Both the position numbers and the translations under genes were made by a program. Positions 8,291 through 15,133 of a DNA stretch of 16,000 nt are shown piece after piece. The notes under the pieces are model-generated. The model was not told where the DNA came from, did no database searches, and saw nothing but the letters and a program-made list of their open reading frames with translations. Origin of the DNA: Chthoniobacteraceae bacterium (GTDB lineage Bacteria; Verrucomicrobiota; Verrucomicrobiia; Chthoniobacterales; Chthoniobacteraceae); contig JBDSAR010000699.1 of NCBI GenBank assembly GCA_039922035.1, forward strand, positions 1,068-17,067, in the 5' to 3' direction. Every line of letters begins with the position of its first letter. Position 1 is the first letter of the stretch.

Positions 8291-8560
8291 TCAGTCTGTT
8301 TTTCCCGGCCACGCACCGACCGCACCTTTGCCCGGCGATTTTTCGATCGGCTCGCTCGTCGGATCGCTCAGCGAAAGCAGCACATCCCTCGCCCGCGTCG
8401 GCTGCCCGCCTTCGAGTTCCTTCAGCGCCGTGCGGAACGCCGCGAGCCGGAAATCCGCATCGCCCGTCCCGCGATCCACGCGATCGAGGAACGCCGCGAG
8501 ATCGATCAGCTTCGCCCGTGCGTCCATGAAATAGAGGTCGAGCAGTTCGTTGCGCGTCAT
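8291..8560 (-). CDS. Small helical hypothetical protein (89 aa), coupled to the TatD-family gene
   Basis: The ATG at 8560 gives MTRNELLDLYFMDARAKLIDLAAFLDRVDRG.... Third-position GC bias is strong and matches the neighbours. The stop TGA (8291-8293) lies only 7 nt before the TatD-like ATG. I recognise no family. Confidence 0.65.
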   Translation of the reverse strand: MTRNELLDLYFMDARAKLIDLAAFLDRVDRGTGDADFRLAAFRTALKELEGGQPTRARDVLLSLSDPTSEPIEKSPGKGAVGAWPGKTD

Positions 8561-8593
8561 GCGGGAAAGGTGCGTGTTTTGTGCGGGCAGGCA

Positions 8594-8626
8594 AGAGGGG
8601 CGGCACGACTGGCGCACCGCCCCTCT
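8594..8626 (-). terminator. GC-rich hairpin downstream of the cytochrome b562-like gene
   Basis: agaggggcgg (8594-8603) and ccgcccctct (8617-8626) form a perfect 10-bp stem with a 13-nt loop. It lies 37 nt after the stop at 8663 on the minus strand, in the 102-bp gap before the next gene. No U-tract follows. Confidence 0.45.
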
Positions 8627-8662
8627 GGGTAAACCGATTTGGCCTTCAGCCTTTAGTGTGAA

Positions 8663-9079
8663 CTAGTCGGCCTTGTACTTCTTGTGGCCTTCCTTTTTCC
8701 CGGCGTTGAGCTTGTCGAGCGCAGCCTTGGCGTCGTCTGCCTTGCCGGCTTCGAGGGCGGCCTTCAGCGTATCGAGGCCCTTGCCCATCTCGACCATGGA
8801 GGCCTTGTAGCCTTCGATGAATTTCGCCTTCTCCGCGGCGGGCACTTCCTTGGTCTTGGCAGGCTCGAACTTCGATGCAGCGGCGCAAGCTTCTTTCGCG
8901 TCGGCGACTTTCTTGATGTTGTCGGCCTTCTTCGAGGCATCGGCGAGGTCGCGGTTGACGGCCTTCAGCGCCTTGCCGATTTTTTCCATCTCCTTGCCAA
9001 GCGGCGTGTCTTCCTCGGCGATTGCAGGAACGGTGATGGCGAACGCCGCGAGCAGCGTGAACAGGTGTTTGAGTTTCAT
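8663..9079 (-). CDS. Periplasmic cytochrome b562-family four-helix-bundle protein
   Basis: I trimmed the track ORF (to 9478) to the ATG at 9079. The 138-aa product has a classic signal peptide (MKLKHLFTLLAAFAITVPAIA). The mature part is Ala/Lys-rich and helical, with an N-proximal Met (GKEMEKIG) and a C-terminal GHKKYKAD. These mirror the Met7 and His102 (..YHKKYR) heme ligand positions of E. coli cytochrome b562. Confidence 0.75.
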   Translation of the reverse strand: MKLKHLFTLLAAFAITVPAIAEEDTPLGKEMEKIGKALKAVNRDLADASKKADNIKKVADAKEACAAASKFEPAKTKEVPAAEKAKFIEGYKASMVEMGKGLDTLKAALEAGKADDAKAALDKLNAGKKEGHKKYKAD

Positions 9080-9146
9080 CTGGGTTTTCTTTGTTGGATT
9101 TTGATTTTGAATTTTCCCGGCAGGCGGACCGCCGGTCTTCCCTGCC

Positions 9147-9175
9147 ATTGACGAAAGTCCGCGGCGGTTAGTCAA
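9147..9175 (-). promoter_or_regulatory. Candidate sigma70-type promoter for the b562-like gene
   Basis: On the minus strand: TTGACT (9175-9170), a 17-nt spacer, then GTCAAT (9152-9147). It lies about 70 nt upstream of the ATG at 9079. The -35 is a good match and the -10 is weak. Confidence 0.3.
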
Positions 9176-9209
9176 AGTTTCTTTCGCGCCGCCGCCGCGA
9201 AAATATCCC

Positions 9210-9410
9210 CTAAAAAAAGCTGTAGATGAATGGGGCCGCCGCCGGTACCGCCGCCGCCAGCGCGATAAGCATACCCACCGCGAGCAGCGCGATGATGATC
9301 GGCAGCAGCCACCATTTCTTGTTCTCGCGAAGGAGCGACCACAGCTCGCGCCACAGTCCCGGTGGCCGGGATCGCGCGGCCTTTTCAAATGCACCGGGGT
9401 CTTTCTGCAT
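9210..9410 (-). CDS. SxtK-like / DUF5989-family mini membrane protein
   Basis: 66 aa: ...LLRENKKWWLLPIIIALLAVGMLIALAAAVPAAAPFIYSFF. The KKWWLLPII...APFIY(T/S)(L/F)F signature is characteristic of the small proteins encoded beside SxtJ-like and carbamoyltransferase genes. The ATG lies 3 nt after the upstream stop. Confidence 0.85.
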   Translation of the reverse strand: MQKDPGAFEKAARSRPPGLWRELWSLLRENKKWWLLPIIIALLAVGMLIALAAAVPAAAPFIYSFF

Positions 9411-9413
9411 GGC

Positions 9414-9893
9414 TCAATGCTGCCGGAAATACCGCTCCGCGTCGCCCGATTTCTGCGCGTCTTCCCAGTAGGTCGCACATCCGCGATCGATCGATCGGCG
9501 CAGCGGATCGCGCCCGGCCAGTCGCAAGGCGAGGCCGATCGGTGTGACGACGAGAAGGTAAATCGCGGCCAGCACGAGATTCGAGACGACGAATCCGATG
9601 CAGCATCCGAGCGCCATCCATGCGAGATAAAGTGGACGCACTGCGCGTGGCGCGAGCATGCCCGCGATCCCGGTGATCAGACCGATGCCGCCGAGCCAAA
9701 GCGTCCACGCCGGCCACACGTGCGAGCGCAGCCACCCGGATGCACCGAGCAGCGCCGCGACGATCGGAAAGCCGGTCGCGATCACTTTTCCGAATGAACG
9801 CAGTTCGTGCGTGCCGGCCTTCCAGTTGGTTTCGCGGAATGGGTTGATCACTGTGGTTTCAGTCGAGGGTGAAGTCCTGCAAATGGCGCTCAC
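9414..9893 (-). CDS. SxtJ-like small integral membrane protein
   Basis: Three to four hydrophobic helices (FGKVIATGFPIVAALLGASGWL, WTLWLGGIGLITGIAGMLAP, LYLAWMALGCCIGFVVSNLVLAAIYLLVV). It sits between the carbamoyltransferase and the DUF5989-like gene, matching the known sxtI-J-K arrangement. The start is uncertain. The track start at 9893 is a GTG that overlaps the carbamoyltransferase by 35 nt. An in-frame GTG at 9851 lies 7 nt after that gene's stop. Confidence 0.75.
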   Translation of the reverse strand: MSAICRTSPSTETTVINPFRETNWKAGTHELRSFGKVIATGFPIVAALLGASGWLRSHVWPAWTLWLGGIGLITGIAGMLAPRAVRPLYLAWMALGCCIGFVVSNLVLAAIYLLVVTPIGLALRLAGRDPLRRSIDRGCATYWEDAQKSGDAERYFRQH

Positions 9894-11706
9894 GCTCCGA
9901 GGCTGGCATCGGCGCTTGCTCCGTTTTTTGCAGGACGAAATTTTCCAGCACGAGCATGTCCATGTCCGTCGCGAGGAAGCAGCGCACGGCGTCCCCGGGC
10001 GTGCAGACCATCGGCTCGCCGCGCACGTTGAAGCTGGTGTTCACGAGCACGCCGCAGCCGGTGCGGCGGCTGAATTCTCGGATGAGGCGATAGTAGCGCC
10101 CGTTGCGCTCCTCGCTCACCGTCTGCACGCGCGCGGAAAAATCCACATGCGTGACTGCGGGCAGCGTGCTGCGCGCGACATTCACGCGCTTGCGGAGATC
10201 GGGATCGCACATCGCCGTGCGTTGGATGTCGTCGAGCTTCGTCCGGTGCTCCTCGCGGACGGGCGCGACGAGCAGCATGTATGGAGACTCGCGATCCAGC
10301 TCGAACCACTGGTTCGCATCCTCGGCGAGACAGCTCGGTGCGAACGGGCGGAAGCTCTCGCGGAATTTGATCCGCACATTCATGCGGGCCTGCATCCCGG
10401 CATTCCGCGGGTCACCGAGGATGCTGCGCGAACCGAGCGCGCGCGGGCCAAATTCCATGCGGCCCTGGAACCAGCCGACCACGCTGCCTTCCGAGATCGC
10501 ACCGGTGACTTCGGTGAGCAGCCCGGCTTCGTCGGCAAAATGCCGGTAGCGCAGTGCGCCGGCATCGAGCACCGCGCGGATTTCATCGTCGTTGAAAGAT
10601 GGCCCGAGCAGAGCGCCCTTCAGCGCATCGCCTGGCTGTGCGTGGCGTGGCGTGCCAAGCAATTGGTGCGAGACAAACATCGCCGCGCCGAGCGCGCCGC
10701 CCGCGTCGCCGGCGGCGGAGGGAATCCAGATGTCGTCGAAGATTTTCGCGCGCAGCAGTGCGCCGTTCGTGACGCAGTTCAGCGCGACACCGCCGGCGAG
10801 GCAGAGGTTTTTTGCACCGGTCAGCGCCTTCGCGTGACGCGCCATTCGCAGCACGATTTCGGTCGTCACGCTCTGGATGCTCGCGGCGAGATCCATCTCG
10901 CGCTGTGTGATCGTGTCCTCCGGCTTGCGCGGCGGGCCGCCGAAAAGTTTGGCGAACGAGCGCGACGTCATCGTGAGGCCGCCGGCAAAATTGAAGTGCC
11001 GCATGTTCAGCCGCAGCGAGCCGTCGTCCTTCAGATCGATCAGCTCGCGGCGGATTACGTCCGCGTATTTCGGCTCCCCGTATGGCGCGAGGCCCATGAG
11101 CTTGTATTCGCCGGAGTTCACGCGGAAGCCGCAGAAATGCGTGAACGCCGAGTAGAGCAGCCCGAGCGAGTGCGGGAAGCGGAGTGTCTTCAGCAGCTCG
11201 ATCTTTCCGCCGCGACCGATGCCGATGCTCGCGGTGTCCCATTCGCCGACGCCGTCGAGCGTGAGGATCGCGGCTTCCTCGAACGGCGATGGAAAAAATG
11301 CGGACGCCGCATGGCTCTCGTGGTGCGTGGGAAACACGATGCGCTTCGTGAACGTGCCGCCGAGAGCGCACCGGATTTCACGCGGGAGGTGGAGCTTCTG
11401 TTTAATCCAGAGCGGCATCGCCATCATGAACGAACGCAGGCCCGCAGGTGCGGTCGCTACGAAGGTGTCGAGCAGTCGGTCGAATTTCAGCAGCGGCTTC
11501 TCGTAAAACGCGACGTAGTCAATTTTCTCCGGCGCAAGCCTCGCCTCGCGCAGGCAGTATTCGACCGCGTGCCCGGGGAACGATGCGTCGTGCTTTTTCC
11601 GCGTGAAGCGCTCCTCCTGCGCGGCGGCGATCACCTCGCCGTCCGTGACGAGCACCGCGGCGCTGTCGTGAAAGTAGGCGGAGATTCCGAGGATGCTGCG
11701 CGGCAT
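9859..11706 (-). CDS. NodU/CmcH-family carbamoyltransferase
   Basis: 615 aa. It has a canonical N-terminus (ILGISAYFHDSAAVLVTDGEVIAAAQEERFTRKKHD), a metal-binding HHESHAASAF motif and CLAGGVALNC. The C-terminal YrdC/Kae1-like half contains FQGRMEFGPRALGSRSILGDPR and LVNTSFNVRGEPMVCTP. Confidence 0.95.
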   Translation of the reverse strand: MPRSILGISAYFHDSAAVLVTDGEVIAAAQEERFTRKKHDASFPGHAVEYCLREARLAPEKIDYVAFYEKPLLKFDRLLDTFVATAPAGLRSFMMAMPLWIKQKLHLPREIRCALGGTFTKRIVFPTHHESHAASAFFPSPFEEAAILTLDGVGEWDTASIGIGRGGKIELLKTLRFPHSLGLLYSAFTHFCGFRVNSGEYKLMGLAPYGEPKYADVIRRELIDLKDDGSLRLNMRHFNFAGGLTMTSRSFAKLFGGPPRKPEDTITQREMDLAASIQSVTTEIVLRMARHAKALTGAKNLCLAGGVALNCVTNGALLRAKIFDDIWIPSAAGDAGGALGAAMFVSHQLLGTPRHAQPGDALKGALLGPSFNDDEIRAVLDAGALRYRHFADEAGLLTEVTGAISEGSVVGWFQGRMEFGPRALGSRSILGDPRNAGMQARMNVRIKFRESFRPFAPSCLAEDANQWFELDRESPYMLLVAPVREEHRTKLDDIQRTAMCDPDLRKRVNVARSTLPAVTHVDFSARVQTVSEERNGRYYRLIREFSRRTGCGVLVNTSFNVRGEPMVCTPGDAVRCFLATDMDMLVLENFVLQKTEQAPMPASERERHLQDFTLD

Positions 11707-11776
11707 GGGGACGGGTGGTGCAGCGGTTCATGGCGCGGTCCGCACGGTGCGTCGAGCCATGTTCACATGCGGCGCG

Positions 11777-13675
11777 TCACTTGGGCTCCGCGGCCCGTGC
11801 GTCCTGCAGGAGCTGTTCCATCCTCGCGGGATCAAAATTCTCGTGGAGTTCTGCGAGGATGTGAAAGATCCAGCCCGGGCCGAGTGCCACCGCCTTACGA
11901 TAATCCTCGAGCGCCTCGGCGGGCATGCCGCGGAGTTTCCAGTGCAATGCGGAAAAAAGCCAGGGCCTCGGCGAGTTCGGATCGAGTTCCTTGGCGCGGA
12001 CGAGGAGTGGTTCCGCTTCCTCGAAACGTCCGAGCCGGCCGAGCGCCCACGCGTCGCGCAGCACGATCCCCACATCCTGCGGATAAATCGCGACCGCTTC
12101 CGCATAGGCTTCCTCGGCATCCTCGAGCGCTGCGCGCCTTTCCTCCTCGGTGCGGAGGGCATGGCTCAGGATTCTCTGCACTTCGCCGATGTGAAAATAA
12201 AGGTCCGGATTTCGCGCGCCGCGTCCGATTGCCTTGCCGGCGTCTTCGAGCGCCCGGGGGATTTTCCCCTCCTCGAACTCCCCGCGGGCGGCCTCCACGG
12301 ACAGTTCGCCCGGGATCCGCGGTACTGCCGCGATGAGCATCCACAGCCCGAGGACGGCTGGGATGGCGTGGACCGATCGCGCGGGCCAGGAGTCCTTTTG
12401 CTCATCCGTCCGCTTCCGTCGGGTGGCGAGCATCCCGAAAAGAAGCGCGGTGAGGAGAAGGTTTGCCGGGATGTGGAGGTTGAAGTCCATCATCGCATGA
12501 GCGAGGGACGCGGCGATGGCGCTGATAATTCCGATTTGGAGCGCGAGTGCGTGTTTCTCCCCAGGATCGATCGTGGCGGTGGACAAACGACCGACCATCC
12601 TCGTCCAGCGTTGGAACCCGTGCCGGAGGTGTGCCGCGACGAAGGCGACGACGAGCAGGATGCCGACAATGCCATATTCGGCCAGCGTCTGCAGCCAGTC
12701 ATTGTGTGCAAAGACGGGATCCTTATCCACCTGCGGTGTGCGGAACATGCGGCCGTAATAGACGTAGGTGCGGCTGCCCGTGCCGAAAACCGGCGCCAGC
12801 TTGAACTGTTTCCACGCGGCCTCCCAGAGCTGAAGGCGGACATCGGTGGAATCAAACACCGTGTTTGCGCGCGTGCGGATGGCGAAGCTGCGATCCGCGA
12901 CGAAAGCGAGGCCTCCGCCGAGCAGCGTGATCGCTGCGATGAGTCCGACGATGCGCGGGAGCAGCCTGTGCGAGAGGCGAGCCCGCAGGGTCCAAATGCT
13001 CAGGCAGGTGAAGACGACGAGGCCGACCGCGGCGCTCAGGTAGCCTCCCCGACTGCCTGTCAGCACGAGTCCCGCAAGGCAGACGCAAGCGAGGTAGCCG
13101 ATCAATAATTTTCCGCGTGCCCGGAATCCGCCCCAAAGGCAGAGGCTCGTCGCAAGAAGCAGGGCGGCCTCGAGGAAGCCGGCGAGGTGATTGGGCGAGA
13201 TGAAAAATCCCGAAGCCCGAAAACCCGCTTCGCCACGGCCACCGGACAGAAGAGGATGAAAATGGGTATCCTTGGCAAATTGATAAATTCCGACGGCCAC
13301 ATGGCCGACTCCCAGAACCATGAGCCCGCAGACAACCGCACAGCGCGCTCCCTGGCCGGTGAGCAGCAGCGCCGTGACAAAATATATGAGCAGTGCCGCA
13401 AGAAGTGCGTAGAAATCGAATCCGGCGAGCCAGGCGGATGGCGATAGGGCGATCCGGACGAATCCATAAATTGCAAGGAGGATGACTCCGACCAGGCAGG
13501 ATCGATCCAACCTCGCGGGTGCCTTCCAGAACGAGTATATTGCGAGCACGCCGGAAATTCCCAGAAGGGCGTACGCGGGCAGGGTGTAGATAGCCCGGGT
13601 CCCATCACCGCCGCCGAACAGCAGTTGCATCACCGCGATGGCGGCAAGAATCAGAATGGCATGGAGCTGATTCAT
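11777..13675 (-). CDS. O-antigen ligase/polymerase (Wzy_C)-family polytopic membrane protein fused to C-terminal TPR repeats
   Basis: 632 aa. About 12 hydrophobic helices cover the first ~440 aa. The Wzy_C-type loop and helix are present (GTGSRTYVYYG....FAHNDWLQTLAEYGIVGILLV). The C-terminal ~180 aa are TPR-like (EEAYAEAVAIYPQDVGIVLRDAWALGRLGRFEEAEPLLVRAKELDPNSPRPW...ALEDYRKAVALGPG). A 70-nt gap separates it from the carbamoyltransferase. Confidence 0.85.
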   Translation of the reverse strand: MNQLHAILILAAIAVMQLLFGGGDGTRAIYTLPAYALLGISGVLAIYSFWKAPARLDRSCLVGVILLAIYGFVRIALSPSAWLAGFDFYALLAALLIYFVTALLLTGQGARCAVVCGLMVLGVGHVAVGIYQFAKDTHFHPLLSGGRGEAGFRASGFFISPNHLAGFLEAALLLATSLCLWGGFRARGKLLIGYLACVCLAGLVLTGSRGGYLSAAVGLVVFTCLSIWTLRARLSHRLLPRIVGLIAAITLLGGGLAFVADRSFAIRTRANTVFDSTDVRLQLWEAAWKQFKLAPVFGTGSRTYVYYGRMFRTPQVDKDPVFAHNDWLQTLAEYGIVGILLVVAFVAAHLRHGFQRWTRMVGRLSTATIDPGEKHALALQIGIISAIAASLAHAMMDFNLHIPANLLLTALLFGMLATRRKRTDEQKDSWPARSVHAIPAVLGLWMLIAAVPRIPGELSVEAARGEFEEGKIPRALEDAGKAIGRGARNPDLYFHIGEVQRILSHALRTEEERRAALEDAEEAYAEAVAIYPQDVGIVLRDAWALGRLGRFEEAEPLLVRAKELDPNSPRPWLFSALHWKLRGMPAEALEDYRKAVALGPGWIFHILAELHENFDPARMEQLLQDARAAEPK

Positions 13676-13894
13676 CGCGGAGGCTGTGGGGCTCGGGCTT
13701 GCATTCCGGATTATCTGCGGCCGCGGGAATGAATCGAGCGGAACACCATTCGCCCGGGGGTCACCGCTGAGTGAAGCAAGTCTGCCTGAGGCTCAGCGGA
13801 ATTTCCCAACCCCGATTCCGTCGGAAACTTTCTGGGCAGCCTACGGATCTGAAACGGCCAGTGCCCATTTCACGCACCGGGCGATCCCACCATG

Positions 13895-14533
13895 CTACAG
13901 GAAGGTCGCACCTTCGCCAAATATGCCGCTGATGGGAGTTCCGTTGGGAGCGCCACTCCCGAGCACCCTTCCGCTGGCATCGGTGAAGCCCACAATCATG
14001 CCTCTGGAATCGGTGATTGCGTATCCGATCACCACGCCGCTGGCGTTGGCGATTGGGAGCCTGGAATTGGCTGACCCTCCGCCGCCGATGCTCGGGAAAG
14101 GAAAATTTCCGGAACCGGCCGCTGCATTGAAGGGGATTTGATCGGGACCTTCGCCTTGATCGGGATCCGTGCCCGTGCCGTATCCATTGTTCTCCGCAAC
14201 TCTCGGAACGTCATGGACCTCAGCCCCGCCGGAAACGATATCGATCCGAACCGGCTGATCGGGGAAATCATAAACGCGAACCTTGGAGTTCGGTTGGATG
14301 AGCACGTAGCCGCCGCGGGACAGCGAAACCCTTACCGACTTGGCGCCGGTCTGGATCTTCGCACCGTTTTCGATTAGCGCGCCGGTCTGCGATGTCACGC
14401 CCTCCACCTTGAAAGAACCCTTGCTCGAAGCGGTGCCAATTACGGGAGCCGCCTGCGCCACGGTTGCTGTGCAGCAGAGGAAAGACAGGGCGCAGAGCAC
14501 CATCGTTGCGAAGGAGGAAAGACGTAGGTTCAT
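13895..14533 (-). CDS. Secreted protein with an N-terminal FecR-like beta domain and a Gly-rich C-terminal region carrying short repeats
   Basis: I trimmed the track ORF (to 14833) to the ATG at 14533, which directly precedes a signal peptide (MNLRLSSFATMVLCALSFLCCTATVAQA/AP). GSFKVEGVTSQTGALIENGAKIQTGAKSVRVSLSRGGYVLIQPNSKVRVY follows the FecR-domain pattern (G.a.l..G..I.TG..S.a.l.l..G..l.l.pnS.l.l). The C-terminal half holds the Gly-rich SIGGGGSA and a repeated (N/D)ASG.V(I/L)G motif. Codons are more A/T-ending than in the neighbours. Confidence 0.6.
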   Translation of the reverse strand: MNLRLSSFATMVLCALSFLCCTATVAQAAPVIGTASSKGSFKVEGVTSQTGALIENGAKIQTGAKSVRVSLSRGGYVLIQPNSKVRVYDFPDQPVRIDIVSGGAEVHDVPRVAENNGYGTGTDPDQGEGPDQIPFNAAAGSGNFPFPSIGGGGSANSRLPIANASGVVIGYAITDSRGMIVGFTDASGRVLGSGAPNGTPISGIFGEGATFL

Positions 14534-14678
14534 ATTGTTATCAGTGCGGGTTGGGATTCGGAAGAATTCAGGGGATGCTGGAACCATGCCATCGGAGACC
14601 GATTCGGCAAGTACAAATTGGACACGTTTGTGTGACACGCGGTGCGCGAGGGATGGTGGAAAAACCGGTGGCGTTCTG

Positions 14679-14769
14679 ATTTGGAATCCACGAAACCCGG
14701 AAGGAGAGTATCGGGCGCGAGGGCAAGGAGTGCCCGTGTGCGCCTTTCCTGGATTCATGGTTTCCAAAT
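14679..14769. other. Long imperfect inverted repeat / extended hairpin in the divergent intergenic region
   Basis: The outer 8-bp helix pairs atttggaa (14679-14686) with ttccaaat (14762-14769). Inner helices are tcca/tgga (14687-90 with 14750-53), ggaagg/cctttcc (14699-14704 with 14743-14749), gcgcg/tgtgc-type (14715-19 with 14739-43) and gggca/tgccc (14721-25 with 14731-35). The structure is capped by an AGGAG loop (14726-14730). I paired it by hand, and bulges are present. Confidence 0.3.
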
Positions 14770-14836
14770 TCAAAATGGGACGCCACCGAAAAACCGTTGT
14801 CCTAGCACGCAATCTGCGGTAAGGCTTTCCCAACTC

Positions 14837-15013
14837 ATGGCTCTCATCCGCTCCCTACTATGGTTTGCGCTCTTCGTGGCCTCCACGTTTTGCTTCGTCG
14901 TCCTGTTTGAGAATGGCATCTCAAACTTCGGCGAAAACGCACAGAAGGAATTTGAATCCGTGAAGACCATGGTGGGTTTCGGTGCGAAGAAGGCTGCGGC
15001 CCCCGGGAAGTAG
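14837..15013 (+). CDS. Candidate 58-aa single-pass membrane protein
   Basis: This is an internal ATG of track ORF 14642-15013: MALIRSLLWFALFVASTFCFVVLFENGISNFGENAQKEFESVKTMVGFGAKKAAAPGK. It has one clear TM helix followed by a charged tail. A terminator-like hairpin follows. I recognise no homology. Confidence 0.4.
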   Translation: MALIRSLLWFALFVASTFCFVVLFENGISNFGENAQKEFESVKTMVGFGAKKAAAPGK

Positions 15014-15032
15014 CCGCGGAACGGACCGCCGC

Positions 15033-15066
15033 GGTGGCCTTGCGCAGGCGGGCCGCCATTTTCTCC
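15033..15066 (+). terminator. Candidate intrinsic terminator after the small ORF
   Basis: ggtggcc (15033-39) pairs with ggccgcc (15051-57), giving a 7-bp stem with one G-U pair and an 11-nt loop. ATTTTCTCC follows immediately. It starts 20 nt after the stop at 15013. Confidence 0.4.
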
Positions 15067-15133
15067 GAAAAAAAGGCTGCGCGTGAACATTGTCACCGGG
15101 GCGGCAAGCTGATACGTTCTCCCACCCCAGACC

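Noticed and set aside
7762-8529. 255-aa plus-strand ORF, and the 189-aa minus ORF at 8037-8606
   Set aside because: One is antisense to, and the other in an alternate frame of, the TatD-family and small-protein genes. Both products are Arg/Pro-rich low-complexity sequence.
7483-8560. Possible eboA-eboB pair (small protein + TatD hydrolase) from the ebo cluster
   Set aside because: The other ebo genes are absent from the window: UbiA prenyltransferase, DHQS-like cyclase, TIM-barrel protein and phosphodiesterase. I also cannot verify that the small protein resembles EboA.
9658-12336. 892-aa plus-strand ORF, the longest in the track
   Set aside because: It runs antisense across the carbamoyltransferase, the intergenic gap and part of the Wzy_C gene. 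Its product is R/A/G/H-rich low-complexity sequence with no recognisable domain, while the opposite strand encodes two strongly recognisable proteins. This is a classic high-GC shadow ORF.
13676-13894. Small hairpins (e.g. cggaat...attccg near 13797-13820) and the plus-strand ORF 13686-14141 in the gap upstream of the Wzy_C gene
   Set aside because: Stems are only 5-6 bp with long loops, which is indistinguishable from chance in GC-rich DNA. The ORF overlaps the better-supported secreted-protein gene and has no signal or domain features.
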